Part shown: piece after piece, positions 8,750-19,225 of the stretch
Numbering within the stretch: the first letter of the stretch is position 1
How the letters are laid out: the number at the start of each line of letters is the position of its first letter
Source of the DNA: Chroococcales cyanobacterium
Lineage (GTDB): Bacteria; Cyanobacteriota; Cyanobacteriia; Cyanobacteriales; Chamaesiphonaceae
DNA: 48,262 bases
NCBI GenBank assembly: GCA_038247275.1
Contig: JBBRVB010000001.1
Coordinates: 1-48,262 of the forward strand
Direction: 5' to 3'
Notes under the pieces: generated by a model
The model's database searches: none
What the model was told of the DNA's origin: nothing
Seen by the model: only the letters and a program-made list of their open reading frames with translations
Made by a program: the position numbers and the translations under genes

Positions 8750-10693
8750 TTAGCTTTCTATGCTAGCACTCACCAGTTGCAGATCTTCTACTCGATCGAT
8801 CTGCGGTTGATAGATAGCTAGATCGAACCAGAATGTAGTGCCTACGCCAACTTCACTGGCAATATGAACTTGACTGTGATGTTTCTCGATGATATTTTGA
8901 ACGATCGATAGTCCCAATCCTGTACCTTCGAGGGTGTGGACGCGGTTTTCTACCCGGAAGAAGCGATCGAAAATAGCGCGGCGATCTTCAGGATCGATCC
9001 CAATGCCAGTATCGATGATTTCTACTCTGACGACACTAGCCGTAATCTCTTCACCCACTTCAGCGGTCGAGGTGACTTGATGAGCACGGATAGTGACCTT
9101 TCCATTCGCTTTGGTGAATTTGAGGGCATTACCGACCAGATTTGCCAGTACCTGGAGGATCAAATCGTAGTTACCCAAGACTGATGGGAGATCGCGATCG
9201 ATATCTTGACAGAGTTCGATCCCTTTATCTCTGGCGTTGAGCTGATAGGTACGCAGGGTTTGTTCGATCGATCGATCTAGTTCGACCGCATCGAAGACAT
9301 AGGTGTGGGAAGATTCTAATTTGGATAGATCCAAAACATCGTTTACCAATCGCGTCAACCGATCTGTTTCGCGATTAGCAGTATCGAGAAATTCACTGCG
9401 CTCTTCTTTGGTTAGCTCATCGCCATATTCATGTAGTGTTTCGATAAAAGATTTGATATTGAATAATGGCGTTCTAAGTTCGTGCGAGACATTACTAATA
9501 AATTGACTTTTAGCTTCATTTAATTCGACTTCACGAGTGATATCTTGAACGGTCATGGCGATCGCCCGGACATTTTCTTTGACTGGATCGAGGACATTAG
9601 TAATCAGAATTCTGACCGTCCGCTGTGCCGGATGGTTGAGGGTGATCCGAAACTCTTCACCGTCGAGTTTGCCCGCTGCTACCTGATACAGCGGACGGGT
9701 GAGTTCGGCAGATACACTCGCAGGTAAAACGTGTAAGACATTGGCACCATCCAGATCGAGATGATCCCAGCCAAAAAAGCGGCGCGCATTGGGATTTACT
9801 AATACGATCTGAAGATTATTATCGATCAGGACGGCACCATCGGCGATCGTCGTCACCAGAGTTTCCAATTTAGCTTTTTCGGCAGTCAGTTCATCAATAT
9901 TCTGTTCTTCAAATATCTCCAGCTTTTCCGCCATTTCATTAAAACTACCGATTAATTCTCCCAACTCGCCACCGAGGGGTAAATCGATCCGTTGCTTGAA
10001 GTTGCCAGCCGCAATATTCTTGACCCCTGAGAGTAATTCTTTAATCGGTTTGGTGATTTGAAGTGCATTAAATACCGCACCTAAGATGACCATTACCCAA
10101 ATCGAGACAAATACCGCGATCGTCACATCTCTAGTCAACCCAGTGGACGCAACTAAGGTAGGATTGGGATTGATTCCGATTGCTAACGTACCGATAAATT
10201 TACCTTCATGCTCGATCGGTACAAAGACATCTGTGACAATTCCTTCTGGTGTCTGATGTTGACGGACTAAGGGCAGATCTCGACCATTACTTTCTGGGAT
10301 GTGAATCCGCCGCTCGATCATCAGCGAATTTTGGACTTCTGATTCTGAAAAGGGAATCCCCAACCGAATATTTCCCACGTCATCCGCATAGAGGATATAC
10401 CGCAGGCTCGATGTACTATGATAAAACCGATTGGAAAACCGAGCGACGGCAGTCAGATCGTCTTCCGCCAATTGGGGCGCAATATTAGCCGCCAACAGCA
10501 ATCCCAAATCTCGCCCAAAGCGCGTATCATTGATGCGGGCATCTGCTTGAATAGTATTGACCGACCAAAAGGTTAACCCACTGACAATCAACGACACCAC
10601 CAATGTGGCTGCTCCCATCAGTTTAGTCTGGAGTGTGAACTCCATCCACCAATGGCGAATGATGTCGCGCAATTTGTCGAACATGGCTAGCAT
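8750..10693 (-). CDS. nblS: Sensor histidine kinase NblS/Hik33/DspA
   Basis: FTLQTKLM N-terminus, 2 TM segments, HAMP, PAS, HisKA (SHELRTPLFNIKSFIETL), FFRVENRVHTLEGTGLGL. Confidence 0.93.
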   Translation of the reverse strand: MLAMFDKLRDIIRHWWMEFTLQTKLMGAATLVVSLIVSGLTFWSVNTIQADARINDTRFGRDLGLLLAANIAPQLAEDDLTAVARFSNRFYHSTSSLRYILYADDVGNIRLGIPFSESEVQNSLMIERRIHIPESNGRDLPLVRQHQTPEGIVTDVFVPIEHEGKFIGTLAIGINPNPTLVASTGLTRDVTIAVFVSIWVMVILGAVFNALQITKPIKELLSGVKNIAAGNFKQRIDLPLGGELGELIGSFNEMAEKLEIFEEQNIDELTAEKAKLETLVTTIADGAVLIDNNLQIVLVNPNARRFFGWDHLDLDGANVLHVLPASVSAELTRPLYQVAAGKLDGEEFRITLNHPAQRTVRILITNVLDPVKENVRAIAMTVQDITREVELNEAKSQFISNVSHELRTPLFNIKSFIETLHEYGDELTKEERSEFLDTANRETDRLTRLVNDVLDLSKLESSHTYVFDAVELDRSIEQTLRTYQLNARDKGIELCQDIDRDLPSVLGNYDLILQVLANLVGNALKFTKANGKVTIRAHQVTSTAEVGEEITASVVRVEIIDTGIGIDPEDRRAIFDRFFRVENRVHTLEGTGLGLSIVQNIIEKHHSQVHIASEVGVGTTFWFDLAIYQPQIDRVEDLQLVSASIES

Positions 10694-10888
10694 GAATGGG
10701 ATAGGGGATAGTAAATAAAGTATTAATTAGCATGGTTGGATGGTTACAGTAATCCAAATCTATACTCATACACGCACAGATATGAAGCTGTATTCATTCT
10801 CACTATAACAGCGATCGCTCTGATGACTCGCAGATTGGGCGCGATCTCGATCCTCACCGCCACCTCAACAGCAGCATTTGCGCTTATT

Positions 10889-11266
10889 ATGCCCGAAAAT
10901 AACCTTGAATTATTCCGCCCTCAAGAAATCGTCTACATCCCAGCCGCTGAATTTCGGTTATTCGCCGAAGTCATCCAAACGATTCCAACTCGAAATCGCT
11001 GTTGGGTCAAACCGTTAGCCATAGTGCATTATAGCGATTTTAAATTTCAATTACTGCATGACTGCCAAGACTGCGCTCAACTAATTTTGCCACTCTACCT
11101 ATTTCACGCGGCGATGGATCTAGAGGCGATCCCAGTGATGATGGAGCTATTTCAACTAGAAAAGATCGCCGATCGATCTCTCAATACTACCTCGCTCAGT
11201 CGTCAAGCATTACATCAGTTTATTGCCAACCTGGCGAGCGATAAAACAGTTGACAGCTTGCCCTGA
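10889..11266 (+). CDS. Hypothetical protein
   Basis: RLFAEVIQ...RCWVKPL...ALHQFI resembles conserved cyanobacterial hypotheticals (recalled, not searched). Start chosen at ATG 10889. Confidence 0.65.
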   Translation: MPENNLELFRPQEIVYIPAAEFRLFAEVIQTIPTRNRCWVKPLAIVHYSDFKFQLLHDCQDCAQLILPLYLFHAAMDLEAIPVMMELFQLEKIADRSLNTTSLSRQALHQFIANLASDKTVDSLP

Positions 11267-11287
11267 AGCTCTGTGGTAGCGTAGCGT

Positions 11288-11443
11288 CTGTCTTGTCTTG
11301 ACGCGCACATCACGGAGGTTTCCTCCAGATCGAGCCAGACAAGACAAGACAGGGCAAAGCCCAAGAACGCACTTTTCGCTGTCTGCTTGGTGCAACGCAC
11401 GCTGAGGAGACCTCAGCGCGATTGCATCCGCAACTGTCAACTG
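11288..11443. repeat. Composite nested hairpin repeat cluster (copy B)
   Basis: CTGTCTTGTCTTG/CAAGACAAGACAG inverted repeat, GGAGG-TTT-CCTCC, GGGC-AAA-GCCC...GCACTTTTCGCT, CGCTGAGG-AGA-CCTCAGCG, then CAACTGT units. Confidence 0.8.
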
Positions 11444-11447
11444 AATG

Positions 11448-12791
11448 CTAAACTAACGCCTGACATAACTGTCTAAAATCATCACCACGATGCTCGAAAC
11501 TAGTATATTGGTCGAAGCTGGCACAAGCCGGAGATAATAAGACCACTTTGGCTTGATGCTGGGTAGCTAATGTACTCGATCGAGTCACCGCATTAGCCAT
11601 TGTTTCGACGATTTCAAAGCTAGTATATCCGACCGATCGCAATCGATCGGCAAATTGAGTGCCAGCATTACCAATTAATAATACTGCGGCTGCTTTTTGG
11701 TTAATAGTAGCCAACCAAGCTAGATCGTCACCTTCTTTGGCTTCACCACCAGCAATCAGAATTACCGGTGCTTTTACTGCCGTCAATCCGACATCAGCGG
11801 CATCATAATTAGTCGCTTTACTATCATTAATATAGTCCACTCCTTTATAGGTGCAAACGTATTCTAAGCGATGGGCAACACCCGGAAAAGTTGTGACAGC
11901 AGATGCAATCGCCTCATTTTCAATTCCGGCTAGTTTAGCAATACCCACAGCCATTAAGAGGTTTTGGAGATTGTGATCTCCAGGCATTTTGAGCGAGTCG
12001 GCGGGCAGTACTCTCTCGTCTCGAAACATTACCCAATTGTCTTCGATCCAAATTCCCGATTCGGGATTACCCCGGAGCTGCTGCTTCCCGCTGACGCTCG
12101 TCCAAGTAGCCTCGTGCCAATCAGATTTACCAAGATCGGACAAATATCGATCGTCACCATTCAAAATTTGATGGTGAGAATTATGGAGTAATTTAGCCTT
12201 GATCGCGGCGTAATTATCAACAGTTTTGTGACGTGCCAAATGATCGGGCGTTAGCGTCGTCCAGACCCCAATTTGCGGTTTGAGTGTAAAAGTAGACTCG
12301 ATTTGATAGCTACTAATTTCGGCAATAATCCAAGCTGGTTTAGTTTCAAGCAATGCCAATTCACACGCAGCAAACCCGATATTACCACACCCGATCGTCG
12401 CCAATCCAGCGGCTTTGAAAATCGCATCGGTCAGAGCAGTAGTCGTAGTCTTGCCATTAGTTCCCGTAATCGCGACCCAGGGAATATCCTGAAGATATCG
12501 CCATGCTAATTCCATTTCACCGATCGTATCTATGCCCATTGCCCTCGCTTTGACTAAGGGGGCAATATCCCACGGTACACCAGGACTGACAACAAGGAGA
12601 TCTTCGGTGGTCGGTGTGAATTTGTCGCCAAGTTTGACGTTAATTCCCAGTCTTACTAATTCTTGTTGCTGAGTTTCCATCTGAAAATTATGATTACTAT
12701 CACTGATGGTGACCAGATAACCATGTTTGATTAAAAGCTTTGCAGCGGCGATACCCGATCGACCCAATCCGATTATAGTAGCTTTTTTCAT
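11448..12791 (-). CDS. murD: UDP-N-acetylmuramoyl-L-alanine--D-glutamate ligase
   Basis: GLGRSG, VSPG, ITGTNGKTTTT, DHLARH, NDSKATN, LLSPACASFDQY. Confidence 0.97.
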   Translation of the reverse strand: MKKATIIGLGRSGIAAAKLLIKHGYLVTISDSNHNFQMETQQQELVRLGINVKLGDKFTPTTEDLLVVSPGVPWDIAPLVKARAMGIDTIGEMELAWRYLQDIPWVAITGTNGKTTTTALTDAIFKAAGLATIGCGNIGFAACELALLETKPAWIIAEISSYQIESTFTLKPQIGVWTTLTPDHLARHKTVDNYAAIKAKLLHNSHHQILNGDDRYLSDLGKSDWHEATWTSVSGKQQLRGNPESGIWIEDNWVMFRDERVLPADSLKMPGDHNLQNLLMAVGIAKLAGIENEAIASAVTTFPGVAHRLEYVCTYKGVDYINDSKATNYDAADVGLTAVKAPVILIAGGEAKEGDDLAWLATINQKAAAVLLIGNAGTQFADRLRSVGYTSFEIVETMANAVTRSSTLATQHQAKVVLLSPACASFDQYTSFEHRGDDFRQLCQALV

Positions 12792-12988
12792 ATATATTTT
12801 TTAACCGCTGAGGTGAGGAGAGAAAAGTCAGATCTTAAATGAATTTCCTCCGTCATATTTTACTCGATTGTGAGGATATAGATTGAGATAAAGTTATTAA
12901 ATTTTAGGTGAATCTTAGCACCTATTTGAGACCTTCATAGGCGATCGGGTAAAATTGATAAAAATCATTTAAGGCAGGCAGTTCATTT

Positions 12989-13009
12989 AGTTGACAGTTG
13001 ACAGTTGAC
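12989..13009. repeat. Heptamer repeat (AGTTGAC)3
   Basis: Read directly. Confidence 0.9.
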
Positions 13010-13084
13010 GGCACACTAAGCATTGAGCGGCATTGCTGAATTCAGGGATGGTTTTCTATCTGTGCAACATCCAAATTTATCTAA

Positions 13085-13151
13085 CTCCCATCTCCCAACT
13101 CCCAACTCCCATCTCCCAACTCCCCTCTCCCATTTCCCAACTCCCCTCTCC
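13085..13151. repeat. Degenerate heptamer array (CTCCCAA/CTCCCAT/CTCCCCT), about 9 units
   Basis: Read directly. Confidence 0.9.
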
Positions 13152-13578
13152 TGACGGGTGAAATTGTCATGCCAAATTGGTACCTCATCTGCGTTTATGA
13201 GCCGCCAGACCCCGGTTTTTGACCAAATTTCACAGAAATAATACCTAAAATCATGAAAATCAACATAAATTAAAGCTTTCAGCGATCCAGATTAGGCTCC
13301 TAGACATTAGAATAATGCAGTGGAAATAATATTGCATGAGAGTTTCAGCAACTTAATAGCCAACTGAACGAGCACAAATTGCGCGTACAGGATAAACTAT
13401 GAAGTTTTTGGCACACATGTAACAGATTGAAGCTAAGATTGGGTATTGGCGCGTTAACCCGCTCCCAAACCATTTCGGAGCTGCAAATCTCATTTTTTAC
13501 CACTGATTTGGATGGCACCAACTCTAACCAGGATGCTGTGCCAGCCCATCATTAAACCTCAATAATGGAGATCTACAC

Positions 13579-13860
13579 ATGAATAAAGGTGAATTAGTCG
13601 ATCGCGTAGCGGAAACCGCTAGTGTGACCAAAAAGCAAGCTGATACAGTTTTGTCAGCAGCATTGGAAGCAATTATGGAAGCTGTATCGAAAGGGGACAA
13701 AGTTACTCTGGTCGGATTCGGTTCCTTTGAGCCTAGAAATCGCCAAAAACGTGAAGGTCGTAACCCCAGAACTGGCGAGAAAATGGAAATTCCCGCAACT
13801 AAGGTACCCGCATTCTCCGCTGGTAAATTATTCAAAGACAAAGTTTCTGCTGACGACTAG
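13579..13860 (+). CDS. hup: DNA-binding protein HU
   Basis: MNKGELV...VTLVGFGSFE..R..REGRNPRTGE...VPAFSAGK; GGAG RBS upstream. Confidence 0.97.
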   Translation: MNKGELVDRVAETASVTKKQADTVLSAALEAIMEAVSKGDKVTLVGFGSFEPRNRQKREGRNPRTGEKMEIPATKVPAFSAGKLFKDKVSADD

Positions 13861-13896
13861 ATTGATTTAGCTGAATTCACATTCAAATAATATTCC

Positions 13897-14970
13897 TTGA
13901 ATCGACCACAACATGGGGGGAACCCAAGCTGGGCAGCTACAGTGGCGGGCTGTCCCCCCTCTCTGATTTTAGACTTTTCTGCGAGTATCAGTCCGCTCGG
14001 CCCTCCGCCGACGGCTCTCGCAGCCATCAAGCTGCACATCGATGCTCTCACTAGTTATCCCAATCCCAATTATCCCGAACTTTGTCAGGCGATCGCGACT
14101 CATCACCAGATCGATCCGGATTGGGTACTTCCAGGCAATGGAGCCGCTGAATTATTAACTTGGGCAGGTTGGGAGTTTTCCAAGCTCAATACCACGCTGC
14201 TGCCCACCCCAGCCTTCGGTGACTACTGGCGATCGCTCCAAACTTTCGGCACCCGGATCATCGATCGATCGATGATAATGGCTGATGGTGAGATTGGCGA
14301 TCTAGATTTTGCATTGCGTCACCTCCCGACCGAGATTCCACATTCGATCGGACTAATTATTAATAACCCCCACAATCCCACTGGGCAAATTTGGTCGCAG
14401 GAGACGATCCGATCCTATTTGTCAGCATTTGACCTGGTGGTCATCGATGAGTCCTTCATGGACTTCCTCGCCCCCTCAGCACAACAAAGTTTAATTTCCG
14501 ACATTGCCCAATATCCGAACCTAGTCATCTTGCGATCGCTGACCAAATTTTATAGTTTGCCAGGATTGCGACTGGGCTACTGTATTGCCCATCCCGATCG
14601 ATTAAAGCTCTGGCAAAGTTGGCGCGATCCTTGGCCGGTAAATACACTCGCCGCCGCCGCTGCGATCGCGGTATTGCCAGATACCGAGTTTCAACAGCGG
14701 ACTTGGGATTGGCTGAGTGAGGCTCGATCGCAGCTATTTGAAGGATTGCTCCAGATTCCAGGTTTACACCCCTATCCTGGAGCAGCAAACTTTATCCTCG
14801 TCAAATCCGATCGATCTGCAACAGCAATCCAAACTCAACTGCTGCAACAACACCAAATCTTAATTCGCGACTGTATCAGTTTCCCCGAACTTGGCGATCG
14901 CTTTTTCCGCGTAGCAGTACGCACGATCGCCCAAAACGATCGACTAATTGCCGCCTTAAGATCGGTCTAA
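13897..14970 (+). CDS. cobD: Threonine-phosphate decarboxylase (PLP-dependent, cobalamin synthesis)
   Basis: HGGN, LDFSASISPLGPP, GNGAAELL, NNPHNPTG, DESFMDF, RSLTKFYSLPGLRLGY. TTG start. Confidence 0.9.
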   Translation: MNRPQHGGNPSWAATVAGCPPSLILDFSASISPLGPPPTALAAIKLHIDALTSYPNPNYPELCQAIATHHQIDPDWVLPGNGAAELLTWAGWEFSKLNTTLLPTPAFGDYWRSLQTFGTRIIDRSMIMADGEIGDLDFALRHLPTEIPHSIGLIINNPHNPTGQIWSQETIRSYLSAFDLVVIDESFMDFLAPSAQQSLISDIAQYPNLVILRSLTKFYSLPGLRLGYCIAHPDRLKLWQSWRDPWPVNTLAAAAAIAVLPDTEFQQRTWDWLSEARSQLFEGLLQIPGLHPYPGAANFILVKSDRSATAIQTQLLQQHQILIRDCISFPELGDRFFRVAVRTIAQNDRLIAALRSV

Positions 14971-14972
14971 TC

Positions 14973-15007
14973 TTTGCCCTCGCGCCTAAATTGGGCGCGA
15001 GGGCAAA
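14973..15007. terminator. Bidirectional intrinsic terminator
   Basis: TTTGCCCTCGCGCC / GGCGCGAGGGCAAA, a 14-bp stem between convergent genes. Confidence 0.8.
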
Positions 15008-15011
15008 AATA

Positions 15012-15554
15012 TCAAAATTGTAAATAGTGCATCAATTGACCGATCGATTCGCCAGATAATGACAAGCGTTGCTGCAAATTAACTAGATCTGTAAACTTAC
15101 CATCCCGTTCGCGGTGAGCGACAATTTCAGTTGCCAAGGCTAGGGAGATCTGGGGAATCTGAGTTAGTTCGGCGACTGTTGCTCGGTCGATCTGGACAGA
15201 TGGGAGTGCCGACTCCCGATCGTAGTACTGAAAACTGAGGACTGGAGCCAACCATTGCAGCTTAGAGCTGGGAATATTGAGAGCAGCGGCTAGATCGGAA
15301 ATCGAATAAAAAGCTACTCCCGCCTGACTCAAAGCCACTAATTGACGCGCCTGATGGATCGAAATCCCTGGTAACCGCAGCCAATCATCGACAGTGGCTT
15401 GATTGACATCGATTTGCACGCCCAAATCGGCAGCTACAGCAATATCAAATGCCGATTTGAACCGATAGTAAGGATCTTCTTTGATTCGCGATCGCAAAGA
15501 CATTTTAAATAACAACTGAACGGTTTGAGCAGGATCGTGAGTCATAAATAGCAA
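15012..15554 (-). CDS. ComEA-like helix-hairpin-helix DNA-binding protein
   Basis: Two HhH units (IDVNQAT..WLRLPGIS; IDRATVAELTQIPQIS..A.EIVAHRERDGKF). The start is uncertain. Confidence 0.85.
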   Translation of the reverse strand: MLFMTHDPAQTVQLLFKMSLRSRIKEDPYYRFKSAFDIAVAADLGVQIDVNQATVDDWLRLPGISIHQARQLVALSQAGVAFYSISDLAAALNIPSSKLQWLAPVLSFQYYDRESALPSVQIDRATVAELTQIPQISLALATEIVAHRERDGKFTDLVNLQQRLSLSGESIGQLMHYLQF

Positions 15555-15576
15555 CCTTTATTTAATCGATCTGAAA

Positions 15577-16122
15577 TTAATTCACACCACGTAATTTGCG
15601 CGTATTTTCAACTAAACTTAGTGCAAATTGGTCGAGACGTTTTGAGAGTTTTTCATCTGATATTTTGCCTTCAGGAGTAAAAGCTTGCCACGCTTGACCA
15701 ATTGCCACCTGTTCGGGAATAGACCAGGCATGAACCCACCGCAGAATCACTCGCAAATCATTGAGGGTATTACTATTCACCTGTCCACCCAAGATACTCA
15801 TAAAGCCGGTAACTTTACCAGAAAGTTGGTCGAAACTCATCAAATCCAAGGTGTTTTTGAGTACACCGCTAATGCTTCCGTGATACTCTGGCGAGGCTAA
15901 GATTAGCCCATCAGCTTGACTAACCGCATCTCGCAGCCGTTGGACATCTGGATAATCGGGGTATTCAGTACCACCATCACAAAATGGCAATTGCATCTGT
16001 CTCAAATCCAAAACTTCTACTTCTGCACCGAGATCTGCTACCTTTTGAGCGGCAACATTTACAGCCATTTGACTATAAGAGTCTGGTCTTAAGCTACCTG
16101 CAATTCCAACAATTTTTACCAT
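15577..16122 (-). CDS. NADPH-dependent FMN reductase
   Basis: GIAGSLRPDSYS, SPEYHGSISGVLKNTLD. Confidence 0.92.
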   Translation of the reverse strand: MVKIVGIAGSLRPDSYSQMAVNVAAQKVADLGAEVEVLDLRQMQLPFCDGGTEYPDYPDVQRLRDAVSQADGLILASPEYHGSISGVLKNTLDLMSFDQLSGKVTGFMSILGGQVNSNTLNDLRVILRWVHAWSIPEQVAIGQAWQAFTPEGKISDEKLSKRLDQFALSLVENTRKLRGVN

Positions 16123-16245
16123 GATTAATTTGTATGTTTAGATATTTTGAATGAGGATGCTGGCTCTTACATGAATTATTTGAAGTGTATCTATTAGGAG
16201 ATCGATGTAGTTGTTTGTCAAATAAATTCTGTCTGAAATCTATCT

Positions 16246-16267
16246 GGTGGGCATTACCCACCCTACT
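16246..16267 (-). repeat. GTAG-type REP-like palindrome
   Basis: Minus strand reads AGTAGGGTGGGTAATGCCCACC, 21/22 identical to 35331-35352. Confidence 0.8.
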
Positions 16268-16275
16268 GGCTGGTT

Positions 16276-16301
16276 AATTATCAATTATCAATTATCAATT
16301 A
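16276..16301. repeat. Heptamer repeat (AATTATC)3, overlapping the stop codon of the TM2-domain gene
   Basis: Read directly; the TAA at 16299-16301 is in register with the array. Confidence 0.85.
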
Positions 16302-16679
16302 AACCCGATCGAGCCATTGTCGCCGTTTTTGCTCGAACTCATATTCTGAGATTAAGCCATCTGCACGGAGTTTGTCCAATTCGCGGATCGATTCCGAGAC
16401 AGTCGCCACCGGATGGATCAGTAGTGGGGATGCCAAGATGTTTGGCGCGATCGAATTCATATTGCCCTGAAACTGAGTATTATCTTGAGTAAGATACCAG
16501 ACAGCTTCGATCGCCGAGGCGATGTGCGGAATCGGTGTCCAGGACAATAATAGATAGACTAGCCCCCAACCGGGTTGTCCGAGATAAAATTTGTGAAATC
16601 CAGCCACGGGGATCGCGGTGCTAGCAAACGCCAAAACGATTGCTAGTTGGCGATTTTTGGGTGTAGTGCTATCGAACAT
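16299..16679 (-). CDS. TM2/NINE-domain membrane protein with C-terminal SHOCT
   Basis: GFHKFYLGQPGWGLVYLL; LDKLRADGLISEYEFEQKRR. Start at ATG 16679 after AGGAG. Confidence 0.88.
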   Translation of the reverse strand: MFDSTTPKNRQLAIVLAFASTAIPVAGFHKFYLGQPGWGLVYLLLSWTPIPHIASAIEAVWYLTQDNTQFQGNMNSIAPNILASPLLIHPVATVSESIRELDKLRADGLISEYEFEQKRRQWLDRV

Positions 16680-16807
16680 CAACCGCTCCTCTAATACGGG
16701 AAACCGCAATTTTCAGTAGGTCGGGACTGACTTAAGATGTAAGGTAAGAGCATCGATCGTCATGTCCTCGCTCTCAATTTTAAACTTTATTACCATAATT
16801 ATCTGTC

Positions 16808-17125
16808 ATGGGATTTTTTGATTCTGATATCATCCAACAAGAAGCGAAACAGTTGTTTGAAGATTATCAACATCTGACACAGCTAGGCAGTAAATATGGT
16901 AAATTCGACCGCGATGGTAAGATTGCGTTCATCGATCGGATGGAAACTTTGCTCGATCGCTACCGGGTCTTTATGAAGCGATTTGAACTATCTGATGATT
17001 TCATGGCAAAAATGACCGTCGAGCAGATGAACACCCAAATGAGTCAATTTGGGATGACTCCGATGCAAATGTTCGAGCAAATGAATCAAACACTCGATCG
17101 GATGAAGCAAGAAATCGAGAAGTAG
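16808..17125 (+). CDS. DUF1825 family protein
   Basis: MGFFDSDIIQQEAKQLFEDY...KFDRDGK...FMKRFELSDDF. Confidence 0.85.
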   Translation: MGFFDSDIIQQEAKQLFEDYQHLTQLGSKYGKFDRDGKIAFIDRMETLLDRYRVFMKRFELSDDFMAKMTVEQMNTQMSQFGMTPMQMFEQMNQTLDRMKQEIEK

Positions 17126-17183
17126 AGCGGGTTTTAGTTATCGCCATCGTCGCTGTCACTAAAACCTCAAACCTAAAGCCCGA

Positions 17184-19112
17184 TTAACTTCCCGGACGTT
17201 TAAACTTAGCTGGAGACGCAAAAGCTTCGACAGGTTCATTTTTAAGGGCTTCTCGCATGAAGCTTTGCCAAATCGGTGCAGCATAAGCACCACCCGTTAC
17301 ACCTTTACCCAAGGGCTTAAAGTCATCCTTCCCAATCCATACAGAGGCGGCTAGCTGAGGCACGTAGCCCACAAACCAGACATCGCGTTCTGAAGAGGTG
17401 GTTCCGGTTTTACCGGCGGCTGGACGACCGATTGCGGCTGCTTTACCAGTACCACTACTGACTACTGATTGGAGGGTACTATTGATTTGAGCTGTAGCCC
17501 AAGAATCGAGTACTAAAGTGGGCTGTGGGGTATTATCTAATAAAATATTGCCATCGCTATCGGTGACGCGGAGGATTGTCGTAGTTTCGGATTGCCAGCC
17601 GTTGCTAGCAAAGGTAGCAAAGGCTCCCGCCATTTCGACTGGAGTCACCCCAGCCGCACCCAATGGTAATGATATAACAGGTTCGATCGGACTTTTGATG
17701 CCCAAGGTGCGACAAGTTTGGATGACTTTATCCAGTCCGACTTCTCTCCCCAGCTTGACTGCGGGGATGTTGGTTGAATTCATCAAGGCAGTGCGAATAC
17801 TCATCGCTCCTGAATAGCCGCCACCATAATTACGAGGGGAATAATAGCCGCTCCCATCGCGATAGCGGACGGGGCTGTCTTGCACGGTGGATTCCGGTGA
17901 GAACTTACCAGTCGCGAAGGCGGTGTAATAGACAAACGGTTTAAAAGATGAACCCGGTTGTCGATTGGCGTACATGGCGCGATTGAAACTACTTTTTTTG
18001 TAGTCTACCCCACCGACCATCGCTTTGATAAAGTGTGTGCGGGGATCGATCGCCACGAGACTGATTTGATATTTACTACGTCCCAGGCGTTCGTAGGCAT
18101 TCTGGACGACTTTTTCGGCAGCAAGTTGGAAGTTGTAATCGATCGTGGTTTGAATCCGCATTCCACCTTTACGAACGGTGTCCCTCCCAAACCGTTGGTT
18201 GAGTTCTTCGATCGCTGCGTCGGTTACATAGGGTAATTTACTACTCTGCCAGGTCTTGATCTTACCAAGCTTGATTTTGTATTCTTTAGCTTTTTTTCCT
18301 TCAGCAGGGGTAATCCAATCGAGATCTACCATTCGGCTCAAGACTTGCTCTTGACGTTGTTTAGCAATTTTGAAGTTATTAAAGGGACTGTATTTTTCGG
18401 GTGCAGCGATGGCACCAGCCATCATCGCGCCTTCAGCTAAATTGAGATCGGAGGCATGTTTATTAAAATAACTTTGGGCGGCGGTTTCGACTCCATAGTT
18501 ATTATGTCCCCAATACACCTGGTTCAGGTACATTTCAAGGATTTCGTCTTTGCGGAAAATTTGTTCGAGTCGGATCGAGAGGACTGCTTCGGCTAATTTT
18601 CGACTAAATTGCCGCTTTCGAGATAAAAATAAGTTTTTGATCAACTGCATCGTGATCGTCGAACCACCTTCACTCACGCTACCCTTTTTAAAGTTAGCAC
18701 TCAGAGCGCGTCCCACCCCAGCGAGGTTGACCCCTTGATGATAATAGAACCTGTCGTCTTCGATCGCCAGGAGCGCGCGTTTGAGATTTGGCGAAATCCG
18801 ACTTAGCGGGACGACTTCGCGATTGGCTTCGTCATGGAGACTGGCGAGTTGCACGCCTTTGACATCATAGATATAAGTCGTCTCCGTCGGCGCATAACTG
18901 CGTAAGACGCGGACATCGGGTAAGTTGCGGAAGCTAATTGCTAGCCCCACCAATCCACCAGCGACGATCGAGCTAGCTAGCATGGTGACACCTAAAATAG
19001 TACCACCCGCAATTTGACCGACTCCACCGACGAATCCCCGCTGTTCGGGGTTGTGTTCCAGGGGTTCGGGTTGCTGTTTGGGGTTCTTGTTGTTTAAGGC
19101 TCTAGAAGACAC
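17184..19112 (-). CDS. Class A penicillin-binding protein (PBP1A family)
   Basis: Transglycosylase motifs EDDRFY.H.G, GGSTITMQL, RKLAE; transpeptidase motifs SSFK, STN, KTG. Confidence 0.95.
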   Translation of the reverse strand: MSSRALNNKNPKQQPEPLEHNPEQRGFVGGVGQIAGGTILGVTMLASSIVAGGLVGLAISFRNLPDVRVLRSYAPTETTYIYDVKGVQLASLHDEANREVVPLSRISPNLKRALLAIEDDRFYYHQGVNLAGVGRALSANFKKGSVSEGGSTITMQLIKNLFLSRKRQFSRKLAEAVLSIRLEQIFRKDEILEMYLNQVYWGHNNYGVETAAQSYFNKHASDLNLAEGAMMAGAIAAPEKYSPFNNFKIAKQRQEQVLSRMVDLDWITPAEGKKAKEYKIKLGKIKTWQSSKLPYVTDAAIEELNQRFGRDTVRKGGMRIQTTIDYNFQLAAEKVVQNAYERLGRSKYQISLVAIDPRTHFIKAMVGGVDYKKSSFNRAMYANRQPGSSFKPFVYYTAFATGKFSPESTVQDSPVRYRDGSGYYSPRNYGGGYSGAMSIRTALMNSTNIPAVKLGREVGLDKVIQTCRTLGIKSPIEPVISLPLGAAGVTPVEMAGAFATFASNGWQSETTTILRVTDSDGNILLDNTPQPTLVLDSWATAQINSTLQSVVSSGTGKAAAIGRPAAGKTGTTSSERDVWFVGYVPQLAASVWIGKDDFKPLGKGVTGGAYAAPIWQSFMREALKNEPVEAFASPAKFKRPGS

Positions 19113-19225
19113 GAGGATCTTTCTCTCTCAACGTAGGGACAATCAAGGCAAAGCGGACGGTGGGGAGCTACGGATACCGATCGCGATTGTAGCCGATCGG
19201 GTGTCGATGTAGGTGGATTGGTAGC

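Noticed and set aside
11210-11440. Short ORFs over repeat clusters (also 35775-35960 and 44514-44774)
   Set aside because: They are translations of palindromic or heptamer repeats (e.g. YPLPITHYPLPIT) with no RBS or protein motif.
13028-13050. MITE starting CGGCATTGCTGAATTCAGGGATG (similar sequence at about 36538-36559)
   Set aside because: No convincing matching right-hand TIR at either site; at most solo ends.
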